From the NCBI GenBank assembly GCA_965215605.1, contig OZ244070.1, forward strand, positions 2,080,001 to 2,144,000: a DNA stretch of 64,000 nt, written 5' to 3'. Made by a program: the position numbers and the translations under genes. Position 1 is the stretch's first letter; every line of letters begins with the position of its first letter. The notes below the pieces were generated by a model. That model searched no databases. It had not been told where the DNA came from and was given only the letters and a program-made list of their open reading frames with translations. This stretch comes from an uncultured Candidatus Binatia bacterium (GTDB lineage: Bacteria; Desulfobacterota; Binatia; UBA9968; JAJDTQ01). Shown here one piece after another: positions 25,928-35,634 of this stretch.

Positions 25928-28900
25928 GAAGGATCCGTTTCTTGGGCCTGGTGTCTCTCGGCCCTGGCGCGGGAGGGGAAATGGTCCTTGCGGCAGATCT
26001 CCGACACCTCGCAAGACCGGCAATGGGTTCCGGGCTTGATGACGAATTCGCCGGCATGGATGCCTCGCAGGAGCCGGGCGATCACGTCTCGGATCGCTTG
26101 TCCGGACGACCCGTCCCAGGCCGGCGCGGGGAAGGACTTCCGGACCAGGGGCCCCTTGCCCCAATGGCTGGCGATAAAGTAGTACCAGGCCGCTTCGACG
26201 CTCGCGTCCTCGGTGAGACCCCGGCTCTTGGCGTATTCCGCGGCCAGCAGCACGTAGACAGGCAGTTGCAGCTTCCGCCCGCCAATCGCCGCGGCCTCGG
26301 GTCTGTCTTCCCCGTTGCCGGGTCCCTTGCCGGTCTTGTACTTGTAGTCGACGACACGATAGCGGCCGTCCTCGGCATGATGGTCGATACGGTCGAGGCG
26401 GCCGTGCACGGGCAGGTCCCGGAGGTCCTGGGGCCATTCCTCGCCGAGCCGCGTGGTCAGGTAGCTCTCGAACTCCGCGGGGCGGAAGCCCGATCGCCTC
26501 ATCTCCTCCAGGTCCGCCCGGACCGCCTCCCGCAGCACGCCGACAAGCTCTTCGCTGGCCACTTCCCACACCGCCGGGTACCCTGTGGCGTAACGCGCCT
26601 CGAAGGCGGAAACGACTTCGGCGGCCGCGCTGTCGAGCCAGGCGCTCCAGCCGTTCCCCCAGGCGCGGCCGGCATCCTGGTAGAATCGCTGCAGGATTTC
26701 GTGGCAGAGCTGTCCCCATTCCAACGCCTGGACCGGCGCCGCCGTTTCCGGGCGCTCCAGCCGTTCCAGCTTGAGCACGCCGCGGGCGAAGTACTGGAAC
26801 GGGCAGCGGCCGTATGTCTCCAGGGTGGTGGGGGAGACGGCGTTCTCGAGGATCCCGTTCCAGACCTCCTCCAGCGGGCCGGTGACGCCGTCGAACGGCC
26901 CGGCCGTCCCCGCGCCTTCGTCCCGCGCCCGGACCGCCGCCGCGCTCTTGTGGAAGCTCTCCGCCGACACGCCGCCCATGCGGACCAACGAGGTAGGGTC
27001 CGCTCCGTCCACGGCCCGCCGCACCGCCAACTCTTCCGGCAGGAGCCAGCGGTCGTCGTCGAAGGGCGCCACGCGCCGCTTGGCGAGAACGCTCTTGGGA
27101 ATAGGGGTTTCGCCGCCGCCGGCGTCCCCGCCGGATGGGGCCACCTCGCGGAGGTACCAGGACGGCGCCAGCGGGCGCGCGGCCGCATCCGAGCGTTGGT
27201 AGCTGCAATGGAGGTGGTCGGCGGCCGAGCCCCTGAGCAGCGCGAACAGGAGCTTTTCCTCGTCGTACCCCGCCAGTTTGGAGGAGATCTTGAAGCCCAG
27301 GTCCGTCTCCAGGACCCGCCGGGCGTGGTCCCGCAGGAAGGGATCCTCGCGGATGGTGCGCGGGAACACGCCTTCGTTCATGCCCACCAGGAAGAGCGCC
27401 CGGAAGGGGATGCCCCGGGCCGACCCGGCATCCATGACCTGGACCCCCGGCACGACCTCCTCGGACACCGGCACCGCTGCCCGGTCCAGACTGTCACGCC
27501 ACGTCTGGGCGAAGGTGTCGAGGGAGACGGTCGGGGCGATCGCCTCCAGCGCCGCCAGTCCTGTGAAAGTCTGGTCGATGGCCTTTTGCGCTACGGGCGC
27601 CGCTTCGTCCGACCCCGGGTTGAGAAACCGGTCGACGACAGTGTGCCAGGCCGCGGCCAGATCCGACCATCCGCCCTTTTCGGGCAACGCGCTCAGATGC
27701 TCGTGCAGCGTGTTGACGGTCTTGAGCAGCGCGGCGATCTGGTCCGGTTTGATGTGCAGGCGGCCGCCTTCCTCATCGTCCACCAGGCTCAGCTTGAGGC
27801 CCTCGGCGGCGTAGCGTTCCAGCCGGCGCCATTCGGCCATGCCCCGGTTGATGCGCAAGGAGCGGGTGGCCACGTCCCAGAGGTCCGGCCTGGGTTCGGC
27901 GCCGGGGTCCAGGACCGCGTTGAAGTTGAAGTCGTGGGACGCCAGGAGATCGATGACGCCGGCCCGCGGATAGTCCCGGACCGGCAGGTCCAGGAGCGTC
28001 AGCACGGCCCTGACGCGGTTGAAGCGGCGCAGGGGTTCCCGGGCGGGGGTGTGGAACGGAATGCCGTGCTCGGGGAAGATCTCCTGGATCCACGGCAGGT
28101 AGGGGTCCAGGGTGCGCGCCACGACGCCCACGTCCTGGAAGTCGAAGCCGTCCCGCTCCACGAGCCGGAGGAGTTGCTTGGCCACGGCGAGGACTTCGTC
28201 CCGGGGTCCGGCGCAACTGACGATCTCGCGGCGGGAGCCCGGATCCGCCGGCGGACAGGGTTCCGCACCGGGGCCGCCCGGCGAGGCGCCGTTTGCGGTG
28301 CGGTCCTCGACGAGGTCCACGACTTCTTCCGTCCCGGCGAGCCCCCGGAGGTAGCGGTCGTAGAAATCCTGGGCGAAGGACCAGTCCGCATGGCCCTGCA
28401 CGAGAGGATAGAACAGGGTTACCGGGTAGTTGCCGGCAACGCCCCGGAAAAGCTCCAATTGGCTCTGGGTCAGGTCGTAGAAGCCGTAGTAGTAGATGCA
28501 CCGGAACTGCGCCAGGTGGGCCGAGGACGGCGCGTGTTGCGCCGCGGTGGCATCGATGTCCTGGTGGTCCTGGGCCTGCCACTCCGGGAAACGGCGCTTC
28601 ACCTCCCGGTACAGCTCGAAGAGGTCGCCCAGCGCGTTCCGGTCCCGGTTGCCGAACAGCCCCTCGCGTAGCGCGTCCAGGGCGGACTCGGGATCCACCA
28701 TGCCGTCCTTGAGATCCCGCAGGGTCTGCCACAGCGAGGAACAGGCGCCGTCGTTGTCCATGATCCGGGCGAACCGTCCATGGGCCGGCACCACGCGTCT
28801 CAGCGCTTCCTCCATGAACGTCTCGTCGCGCAGCACCGGCCCCGCTGGGCCCCGCATTTCGTGGAACAGGTCCAGGCTGAGTTGGAAGAAGGTGAGGACG

Positions 28901-29082
28901 TGAAAGTTCAGGAGGTGAAGGCCGTGCTCCTTGGCCAGCAGCACCTTGACGCGCCGGCGCAGGGTCTCCGAGGGGACCACGAGGAGCAGCGGGGCCAGCG
29001 GGTCCTGCTCCCGCCGCGCCCGGATCTCCTCCGCCAGGGCGTTTTCCAGGTGGGGATGATAGGGACCGAGAACGATTTTCAT
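25924..29082 (-). CDS. addB: Helicase/nuclease subunit B with Fe-S-type nuclease domain
   Basis: No Walker A; ARGIPFRALFLVGMNEGVFP, CPFQYF, GRLDRID...VDYK, CRSCEVSEIC; ATGA overlap with addA. Confidence 0.85.
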   Translation of the reverse strand: MKIVLGPYHPHLENALAEEIRARREQDPLAPLLLVVPSETLRRRVKVLLAKEHGLHLLNFHVLTFFQLSLDLFHEMRGPAGPVLRDETFMEEALRRVVPAHGRFARIMDNDGACSSLWQTLRDLKDGMVDPESALDALREGLFGNRDRNALGDLFELYREVKRRFPEWQAQDHQDIDATAAQHAPSSAHLAQFRCIYYYGFYDLTQSQLELFRGVAGNYPVTLFYPLVQGHADWSFAQDFYDRYLRGLAGTEEVVDLVEDRTANGASPGGPGAEPCPPADPGSRREIVSCAGPRDEVLAVAKQLLRLVERDGFDFQDVGVVARTLDPYLPWIQEIFPEHGIPFHTPAREPLRRFNRVRAVLTLLDLPVRDYPRAGVIDLLASHDFNFNAVLDPGAEPRPDLWDVATRSLRINRGMAEWRRLERYAAEGLKLSLVDDEEGGRLHIKPDQIAALLKTVNTLHEHLSALPEKGGWSDLAAAWHTVVDRFLNPGSDEAAPVAQKAIDQTFTGLAALEAIAPTVSLDTFAQTWRDSLDRAAVPVSEEVVPGVQVMDAGSARGIPFRALFLVGMNEGVFPRTIREDPFLRDHARRVLETDLGFKISSKLAGYDEEKLLFALLRGSAADHLHCSYQRSDAAARPLAPSWYLREVAPSGGDAGGGETPIPKSVLAKRRVAPFDDDRWLLPEELAVRRAVDGADPTSLVRMGGVSAESFHKSAAAVRARDEGAGTAGPFDGVTGPLEEVWNGILENAVSPTTLETYGRCPFQYFARGVLKLERLERPETAAPVQALEWGQLCHEILQRFYQDAGRAWGNGWSAWLDSAAAEVVSAFEARYATGYPAVWEVASEELVGVLREAVRADLEEMRRSGFRPAEFESYLTTRLGEEWPQDLRDLPVHGRLDRIDHHAEDGRYRVVDYKYKTGKGPGNGEDRPEAAAIGGRKLQLPVYVLLAAEYAKSRGLTEDASVEAAWYYFIASHWGKGPLVRKSFPAPAWDGSSGQAIRDVIARLLRGIHAGEFVIKPGTHCRSCEVSEICRKDHFPSRARAERHQAQETDPS

Positions 29083-29178
29083 CTCCGGGGACTTTGGCAG
29101 ACCCGGCACCCGTTGCCAAGGTCGATTCGGCGCGTCCCGGTCTTGATTCGGGCGCCATGGGTCACTAGTCTCGGCTGC

Positions 29179-29901
29179 GTGAGAGTCCATTTCCTCGGAT
29201 CCGGGGACGCCTTCGGCAGCGGCGGCAGGAACCAGACCGCCTATCTGCTGGAGGACGGCCCGCGCCTCTTCCTCCTCGACTGCGGACCGGCGGCCTTGCC
29301 GGCCCTCAGGCGCGCCGGGTTGGATCCGGCGGACCTCGACGCCGTCATCCTGAGCCACCTGCACGGAGACCACTTCGGCGGACTGCCGTTCTTCTTCATC
29401 CACTACCTTTACGACCGGCCCCGGAGCCGTCCGCTGGAGGTGGCCGGCCCCCCGGGGACCGAGGCGCGCGTGCGCGATCTCATGGCGCTGATGTACGGGC
29501 GGAAGGAGCTGCCTTTCGCCGTTTTCACCGTGCTGGAGCCCGATGCCGTCACCGCCGTGGCCGAGGCCGAGGTGCTGGCCTTCCGGGTCCCGCACCAGAC
29601 CGACGCCGTGTCGCTGGGCCTGCGGGTGACGGTGGCGGGCCGCACCGTGCTTTTCTCCGGGGATTCGAGCTGGACGGACCAGTTCATCACCCATAGCCGG
29701 GACGCCGACCTGTTCATCTGCGAGTGCTGCCACTACGACGCCCCATCACCCGCGCACATGAGCTACGTGGAGATCGCCGCGCGCCGGGAGCGGCTGGAGT
29801 GCAGGCGGCTGATCCTGACGCACATGGGCGAGGAGATGCTGGCCCGGCGCCGGTCCCTGCCGGTGGAGACGGCGGAGGACGGACTGGTGGTGGATTTGTA
29901 G
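29179..29901 (+). CDS. MBL-fold metallo-hydrolase (RNase Z-like)
   Basis: FLGSGDAF, LLDCG, SHLHGDH, FSGDS, LTHM. Confidence 0.9.
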   Translation: MRVHFLGSGDAFGSGGRNQTAYLLEDGPRLFLLDCGPAALPALRRAGLDPADLDAVILSHLHGDHFGGLPFFFIHYLYDRPRSRPLEVAGPPGTEARVRDLMALMYGRKELPFAVFTVLEPDAVTAVAEAEVLAFRVPHQTDAVSLGLRVTVAGRTVLFSGDSSWTDQFITHSRDADLFICECCHYDAPSPAHMSYVEIAARRERLECRRLILTHMGEEMLARRRSLPVETAEDGLVVDL

Positions 29902-29921
29902 GGGCGGGTTCAAACTTGGCC
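29898..29921 (+). repeat. Degenerate GTAG REP overlapping the stop codon
   Basis: GTAGGGGCGGGTTCAAACTTGGCC. Confidence 0.55.
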
Positions 29922-29965
29922 GTGTGCGAAACCCGTTATACACCGATGGGGCGCCACGTAACTTC

Positions 29966-29994
29966 TTGACAACCCGGCAAGCGTCTCCTACAAA
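29966..29994 (+). promoter_or_regulatory. Sigma70 promoter, probably giving a leaderless mRNA
   Basis: TTGACA-17 nt-TACAAA; ATG 30001 follows after a 6-nt gap; no SD sequence. Confidence 0.6.
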
Positions 29995-30000
29995 CCCGCC

Positions 30001-30285
30001 ATGCCTAGAGTTACTTTCATGCCACTGGGACAGAGCTTCGAGGTCGACGACGGCACCACCATCCTGGTGGCGGCCATACGCAACGGCGTCACGCTTCGCC
30101 ACGACTGCACCGAGGCCATCTGCGGCACGGACCGGGTGAAGATCCTCGCCGGAGACAACAACCTGAGCCCCATGGACGACAACGAGGAACTGACCCTGTC
30201 CATGCTCAACGCGGATGCCGCGGAACGCCTGGGCTGCGTCGCCAAGGTGCTCGGTGACGTGATCGTGGAGATACCGGCGGAGTAG
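30001..30285 (+). CDS. 2Fe-2S ferredoxin (CxxxxCxxD variant)
   Basis: MPRVTF...CTEAICGTDRV...RLGC. Confidence 0.85.
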   Translation: MPRVTFMPLGQSFEVDDGTTILVAAIRNGVTLRHDCTEAICGTDRVKILAGDNNLSPMDDNEELTLSMLNADAAERLGCVAKVLGDVIVEIPAE

Positions 30286-30338
30286 CATCCGTCGCGGCCG
30301 CGAGGGTTCTCCCGCGAACAACCCGGCTGGAGGTCCAA

Positions 30339-31193
30339 ATGAGCAGAGTCAAGGAAGCCCTCGACCGGAACGGCACCCTGGTCATGCCCGGCGTCTACGA
30401 CGCGCTGAGCGCGCGCATCGCCCAACGCGCCGGCTTCGACGTCATCTTCACCACCGGCTACGGCATCTCGGCGACCATGCTGGGCGAGCCGGACTTCGGC
30501 ATCCTCACGCAGACCGAGATGCTGAGCACCATCTACCGCATCTGCGGCGCGGTGCCGACGCCGGTCATCGTGGACTCGGACACCGGCTACGGCAACGCGG
30601 TGAACGTGGTCCGCACCGTCAACGAGCTGATGCGGGCGGGGGCGGCGGGCATGTTCCTGGAGGACCAGGTCTGGCCCAAGCGCTGCGGGCACATGAGGGG
30701 CAAGCAGGTGGTGCCCCTGGACGAGTACCTCAAGAAGCTCAACGCGGCGGTGGCGACCAAGGCGGACGGGGACCTCTTCATCGTGGCCCGCACCGACGCA
30801 CGCCAGGCCCTGGGCCTCGATGAGGCCATCCGGCGCGGCATCGCCTTCAAGGAGAACGGCGCCGACGCCGTGTTCATCGAAGCCCCGGAAAGCCGCGAGG
30901 AGATGCGGGAGATCGCCGGCAACGTGCCGGGGCCGCTGGTGGCCAACATGATCGAGCGCGGCGTCACGCCGCTGATGACCCCGGCGGAGCTGGGGGAGTT
31001 GGGCTTCGCGCTCATCGTCTGGCCCGTGGGTCCGCTCTACTCCGCCGCTCAGGCGCTCAAGAACTACTACACCAACCTCCGGGAGGCCGGCACCGCGGAG
31101 GCCCTCATGGACCGGCTGCTGCCGTTCGACGACTTCCACGACATCGTGGGGCTCGAGGAGAAGTACGCCCTGGACGAGAAGTACCGGACGTGA
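30339..31193 (+). CDS. Isocitrate lyase/PEP mutase family lyase (PrpB-like)
   Basis: DSDTGYG, EDQVWPKRCGH, VARTDA. Confidence 0.92.
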   Translation: MSRVKEALDRNGTLVMPGVYDALSARIAQRAGFDVIFTTGYGISATMLGEPDFGILTQTEMLSTIYRICGAVPTPVIVDSDTGYGNAVNVVRTVNELMRAGAAGMFLEDQVWPKRCGHMRGKQVVPLDEYLKKLNAAVATKADGDLFIVARTDARQALGLDEAIRRGIAFKENGADAVFIEAPESREEMREIAGNVPGPLVANMIERGVTPLMTPAELGELGFALIVWPVGPLYSAAQALKNYYTNLREAGTAEALMDRLLPFDDFHDIVGLEEKYALDEKYRT

Positions 31194-31214
31194 TGCGGCC
31201 GCGTGGCGGCTTCT

Positions 31215-32180
31215 TCAGGGGGTTGCATGCGCGGTGGCGTGGATGATCGTGGCTTCCTTCAGAGGCAGCGGGGTCATGGCCCCGTCGGGCAATTCCACCA
31301 GCATCTCTCTCAACGCTCGCAGATCGACGCTCAGCTTGAGCTCCAGGATCTGCCGGATGAGGTCGGCCATGAGGTCGGTGTCGCTCGCGCGGCCGTCGCG
31401 GTACACCTGGACGTAGGCTTTGCCGTCCATCAAGCCCACCTTGGCGTGCTGGTAGATCACCCGTACGGGCGTGCCTTTGGGCACCCGCGGATACAGGTAG
31501 TCGATGTCCTCGGGATAGAGCCGGATGCAGCCGTGAGTCACCCGGCGGCCGATGGCCCAGGGGTTGTTGGTGCCGTGGATGCCGTAGGTGGTGTGGGACA
31601 AACGCATCCAGTACTTGCCCAACGGGTTGTCCGGCCCCGGAGGGACGACCTTGCGCGGGTGTTCCATCTCGGCCTGGATGGATTTCGGCACGTACCACGT
31701 AGGATTCGTCCGCTTCTCTCCGACGCGGTACTCTCCGGCCGGAGTCTCCTGGCCGTCCACGCCGACGCCCAACGGAAAGGTCATGACCCTGGAGTCGGGC
31801 AGGTAGTAGTACAGTCTCATCTCGGCGATGTTGAGGACCAGCCCCTTCCGTGGGCCGCGGGGAAGAATCCATTGGGCGGGTATGGCGACCCTCGTGCCGG
31901 CGCCGGGCAACCAGGTATCCACGCCGGGGTTCGCCCGCTTGATTTCCAGGTACCCCAGGTGATGAAGGCGGCCGATATCGAGGAGGGTGTCGCTGGTTTT
32001 CGCGACGTGTATGCGCGGGGCTCCGATGATGGTGGACCCGGGCTCGCGTCCCGTACCCTCGCCCGAGGGCTCGCGGTATTCGAAAACGGCGGCGCCCGGC
32101 TGCCATTCGTTCGCGGTGGACGGTGGGACGAGCGCCGCCAACCCGGCGGCCATTAACGCAGCGCACAGCATCAGTCTCAT
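31215..32180 (-). CDS. L,D-transpeptidase (ErfK/YbiS family)
   Basis: Signal peptide, ANPGVD, NPTW, PGPDNPLG, GIHGT...THGCIRL. Confidence 0.93.
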   Translation of the reverse strand: MRLMLCAALMAAGLAALVPPSTANEWQPGAAVFEYREPSGEGTGREPGSTIIGAPRIHVAKTSDTLLDIGRLHHLGYLEIKRANPGVDTWLPGAGTRVAIPAQWILPRGPRKGLVLNIAEMRLYYYLPDSRVMTFPLGVGVDGQETPAGEYRVGEKRTNPTWYVPKSIQAEMEHPRKVVPPGPDNPLGKYWMRLSHTTYGIHGTNNPWAIGRRVTHGCIRLYPEDIDYLYPRVPKGTPVRVIYQHAKVGLMDGKAYVQVYRDGRASDTDLMADLIRQILELKLSVDLRALREMLVELPDGAMTPLPLKEATIIHATAHATP

Positions 32181-32348
32181 AGGGCCGTCCTCATCATCGC
32201 GGGGTCCGGTCGTGGCTTTCCCCTGAGACAGGGAGCACCGGGCCGTTGAACTTGCCTGAAATCCAGAGTTCAGTTGTAATTTCCAGACGCCGATTATACC
32301 ATCTTTTGCCCAGAGCGTTTAGAAGGGATCGAAAAAGAAGGGACCGAA

Positions 32349-33212
32349 ATGCCTTTTGTCGCCGCGTTGGCAGCCAGCCACGCTCCCAACATGCTACTGG
32401 ACCCGGGCGCCGAGTGGGAAGAGTTCATGACGCTGCACTACCGCATGGCGCCACAGGCGGCCGGCGCCAAGCCGTCCCTGGAAGTGCAGCAGAAGCTGCG
32501 GACCGATGCGGAGAACGCGTTCTCGGTGCTCCGCCGCGACCTCGAGGCCGCCAGGCCCGACGTACTGATCGTGGTCGCCAACGATCAGTTCGTGAACTTT
32601 TTCTTCGACAACATCCCGACTTTCTTCGTCACCCTGTCGGACGAGGTCCACGGCCGGTTCACCCGGCACGACTTCCACTACCGGAATCACCCGGCGTTGG
32701 GCCGGGCGATCCTGGAGGCCGGCGTCGCCTCCGGGCTGGACCTTTCCTTCGGCGAGGACATCGAGCTGCAGCACACCCAGATGGTGCCGCTGCATTTCCT
32801 TCTGCCCGAGCCGGACATCCCCATCCTGCCGATCTTCGTCAACACGTGGATCGACCCCCTGCCCACGCCGGCCCGCTGCTACGCGCTGGGGAGCCTGATC
32901 CGGCAGGTGGCGGACGCGTCTTCCGACCGGGTGGCCGTGCTCGCCACCGGCGGGCTGTCGCATTTCCCCGGCTCGCCGCGGATAGGCGAGATCGACACCA
33001 GCTTCGATGAAGGTCTGCTCCGGCAGATGCGGGCGGGCGCCGGGCCGGCCCTGGCCGAGTTGACGCTGGAGCAGTTGCGGCAGTCGGGAAACTCGGAGTT
33101 TCTCAACTGGATGGTGACGGTCGGGGCGGTGGGCGATGCCCCGGCCTCCGACAGCTTCTACATGCCCGACCACGTCGCCACCGGGTGGGGCTTCGTGAGC
33201 TGGAAGATCTGA
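32349..33212 (+). CDS. Extradiol ring-cleavage dioxygenase, LigB-type large subunit
   Basis: ASHAP, PDVLIVVANDQ, ATGGLSH, EFLNW. Confidence 0.88.
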   Translation: MPFVAALAASHAPNMLLDPGAEWEEFMTLHYRMAPQAAGAKPSLEVQQKLRTDAENAFSVLRRDLEAARPDVLIVVANDQFVNFFFDNIPTFFVTLSDEVHGRFTRHDFHYRNHPALGRAILEAGVASGLDLSFGEDIELQHTQMVPLHFLLPEPDIPILPIFVNTWIDPLPTPARCYALGSLIRQVADASSDRVAVLATGGLSHFPGSPRIGEIDTSFDEGLLRQMRAGAGPALAELTLEQLRQSGNSEFLNWMVTVGAVGDAPASDSFYMPDHVATGWGFVSWKI

Positions 33213-33457
33213 TGAGCCGCTACCACCTGAACCGGTTTCTTTTCGACCTGAAGATGAAACCGGACACCCTGAGCCGGGCGCGCACGGACCTGGACAAGGC
33301 CTTGTCGGACTATGACCTGAGCGCCGAAGAGATCGCCGCCCTGAAGAGCAGGGATCCGCGGCAGTTGCGGCCGCTGGGCGCACACGGGATGCTGTCGCTT
33401 TACCTGATGCGGCTGGACCCGGAGTTCGACGACAACATCTATTGGACACAGAAGTGA
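33212..33457 (+). CDS. LigA-type small subunit
   Basis: MSRYHLNRFL...YDLSAEE...LGAH; TGATG coupling to the LigB-type gene. Confidence 0.8.
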   Translation: MSRYHLNRFLFDLKMKPDTLSRARTDLDKALSDYDLSAEEIAALKSRDPRQLRPLGAHGMLSLYLMRLDPEFDDNIYWTQK

Positions 33458-33523
33458 GTATCCGCCGGGACGGCGCTTTCAGGCCCGTCGTGCGGACACC
33501 CTAACCTGAACGAGGAGCTTTGG

Positions 33524-34315
33524 ATGGATCTGGGATTGGCAGGCAAGGTGGCGCTGGTGGGCGGCGCGAGCCAGGGAATGGGACGGGCCATCGCCAAGGG
33601 TTTTGCCGCGGAAGGCGCCAAGATGAGCATTTGCGCCAGAGGCGGTGACGCCCTCGAAAGCGCCGCGGAGGAGATTCGGCAGGCCACGGGCGGGGACGTT
33701 CTCGTCACGGTGGCGGACATGTCCAAGTACGACGACATCCGGAACTTCGTGGCCCGGAGCGTCGAGGCCTTCGGGCGGGTGGACGTGGTGGTGAACAACG
33801 CCGGCGGGCCTCCGTTCGGAGCGTTCGACGCGTTGAGCGAGGACGACTGGATGGCGGCGTACAATCTGAGCCTCATGGGCACGGTCAGGCTTACGCGGGA
33901 GACGGCGCCGCACATGAAGAAGGCGGGCGCGGGCCGCGTCATCAACATCACCTCCTACGGCATCAAGGAGCCCATCCCCGGCCTGGTCCTGTCCAACACC
34001 TTCCGCACGGGCGTGGTGGGCTGGGCCAAGACGCTGTCCCGGGAGCTGGCGCCCGACAACATCCTCATCAACACCGTAATGCCCGGACGCATCGACACCG
34101 AGCGCCATCACAACCTCAACGTGGCCCGGGCCAAGCGGCTCAACCTGCCCCTGGAAGAGGTCCAGAAACAGAGCAAGGCCGAGATCGCCCTGGGCCGTTT
34201 CGGCCAGTCCGAGGAAGTCGCGGACCTGGTGGTGTTTCTTGGCTCCGACCGCGCGAGCTACATCACCGGGACTACGCTCCTGATCGACGGCGGCCTCGTC
34301 AGGACACTCATGTAG
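33524..34315 (+). CDS. SDR family oxidoreductase
   Basis: GASQGMG, NNAGGPP, PGRIDT. Confidence 0.93.
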   Translation: MDLGLAGKVALVGGASQGMGRAIAKGFAAEGAKMSICARGGDALESAAEEIRQATGGDVLVTVADMSKYDDIRNFVARSVEAFGRVDVVVNNAGGPPFGAFDALSEDDWMAAYNLSLMGTVRLTRETAPHMKKAGAGRVINITSYGIKEPIPGLVLSNTFRTGVVGWAKTLSRELAPDNILINTVMPGRIDTERHHNLNVARAKRLNLPLEEVQKQSKAEIALGRFGQSEEVADLVVFLGSDRASYITGTTLLIDGGLVRTLM

Positions 34316-34391
34316 GATGGAGGCAGGCAGGTCGGAAAGGGTATGCGCGCGGCAGGGCAGGTAGGGTCAACAACACAAGGAAATGCGAGTT

Positions 34392-34721
34392 ATGGTGTAC
34401 TACATCGTCCACTGGGACCTGCCGGACCAGAAGGCCAACCTGACGATTTACAGCAACAAGGCCAAGAACGACTGGCTGCCCACGACGCTGGCGGCCCCAG
34501 GTGTCCGGGAGATCCGCAATCTCCGCAACCCCCTGGAGGTCAGCCCCCAGGTCGCGATCATGATCGAGTTCGAATCGCTCCAGGCGTGGTCGGGCTTTGT
34601 CGAGTCGCAAGACTACATCCGGATCATGCGCGAGTTGAGGATTCTCGGCTGCACCAACTTCAACACACAGGTGTGGGCCCCGTCCCGCTACTTCCCGGAG
34701 TCGCTGAAGCGGGACGGCTAG
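34392..34721 (+). CDS. Small hypothetical protein (dimeric alpha+beta barrel-like)
   Basis: Host-like codon use; IEFESLQAW motif; alternative start at 34383. Confidence 0.7.
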   Translation: MVYYIVHWDLPDQKANLTIYSNKAKNDWLPTTLAAPGVREIRNLRNPLEVSPQVAIMIEFESLQAWSGFVESQDYIRIMRELRILGCTNFNTQVWAPSRYFPESLKRDG

Positions 34722-34773
34722 AAACGGCGGCCGCCTCGTTCGATCCTGACAGGGGGCAGAGAGGAGGATAACG

Positions 34774-35634
34774 ATGTTATCTTTCACGAACGTTAAGTCG
34801 TCAATTGAACTGAGCCTGCCGCTGGCCGCACGAGCGGCAGCGGTGTGTGCGCTCGCCTTGTGGGTCGGTACCCTTGCCGCAAGTCCCGCCTTTGCCGGGT
34901 TCCGGGAGGGCCGCGCCGCGTACAGGGCCAAGGACTTTGGGACCGCTCTGGAAGAGTTCCGCCGGGCCGCAGAGCGCGGTCATTCCGCCTCACAGTACCA
35001 TCTCGGTATGATGCACCGCCGGGGTCAGGGGATTAGAAAAGACTTCGCGGAAGCGGCGCGGTGGTACCGGAAGGCCGGAGAACAGGGTCACGTCCGGGCG
35101 CAGTACTGGCTCGGTGTGATGTATCGGCGGGGTCAGGGGGTGACCAAGGATCTTGCGGAGGCAGCGCGGTGGTGGAGGAAGGCCGCGGAGCAGGGGTATG
35201 CTGGAGCACAATACAATCTTGGTGCGTTTCTTCAGCGGGGGAAGGGCGTGAAGCGGGACTTTGCGGAGGCCGTGGTTTTGTACCGGAAGGCTGCTGAGCA
35301 AGGCCATGCAGGGGCTCAGAACCAACTCTGCTATTTGTATTCATTAGGCAAGGGAGTAGCGGAAAACAAGTCCGAATCGAGGCGGTGGTGCCTGAAAGCC
35401 GCGGAGCAGGGCAATCCCGTATCACAGTACAGCATGGGTTTGTTGTTGGGATGGGGCAGAGGCGGCCCGGAAGACGTCGTCGAGGCCTACAAATGGATGA
35501 GCCTCTCGCTGGCGAAAAAGCCGGATGAGGGGCGCGCGCATACCCTTGGCCGGTTGGAAGAGAAAATGACATACGCCGAGATCGCCGAGGCGAAGGAACG
35601 CGCGAAGAACTGGCGTCCCAAGAGGCGGAAATGA
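34774..35634 (+). CDS. Secreted Sel1-like repeat protein
   Basis: Signal peptide; about five WYRKAAEQG.AQY.LG repeats; GAGGAGG RBS. Confidence 0.92.
   Translation: MLSFTNVKSSIELSLPLAARAAAVCALALWVGTLAASPAFAGFREGRAAYRAKDFGTALEEFRRAAERGHSASQYHLGMMHRRGQGIRKDFAEAARWYRKAGEQGHVRAQYWLGVMYRRGQGVTKDLAEAARWWRKAAEQGYAGAQYNLGAFLQRGKGVKRDFAEAVVLYRKAAEQGHAGAQNQLCYLYSLGKGVAENKSESRRWCLKAAEQGNPVSQYSMGLLLGWGRGGPEDVVEAYKWMSLSLAKKPDEGRAHTLGRLEEKMTYAEIAEAKERAKNWRPKRRK

Noticed and set aside
22556-29733. 1550-aa and 1269-aa giant ORFs
   Set aside because: Over-extended starts; the real starts at 25927 and 29082 give coupled addA and addB
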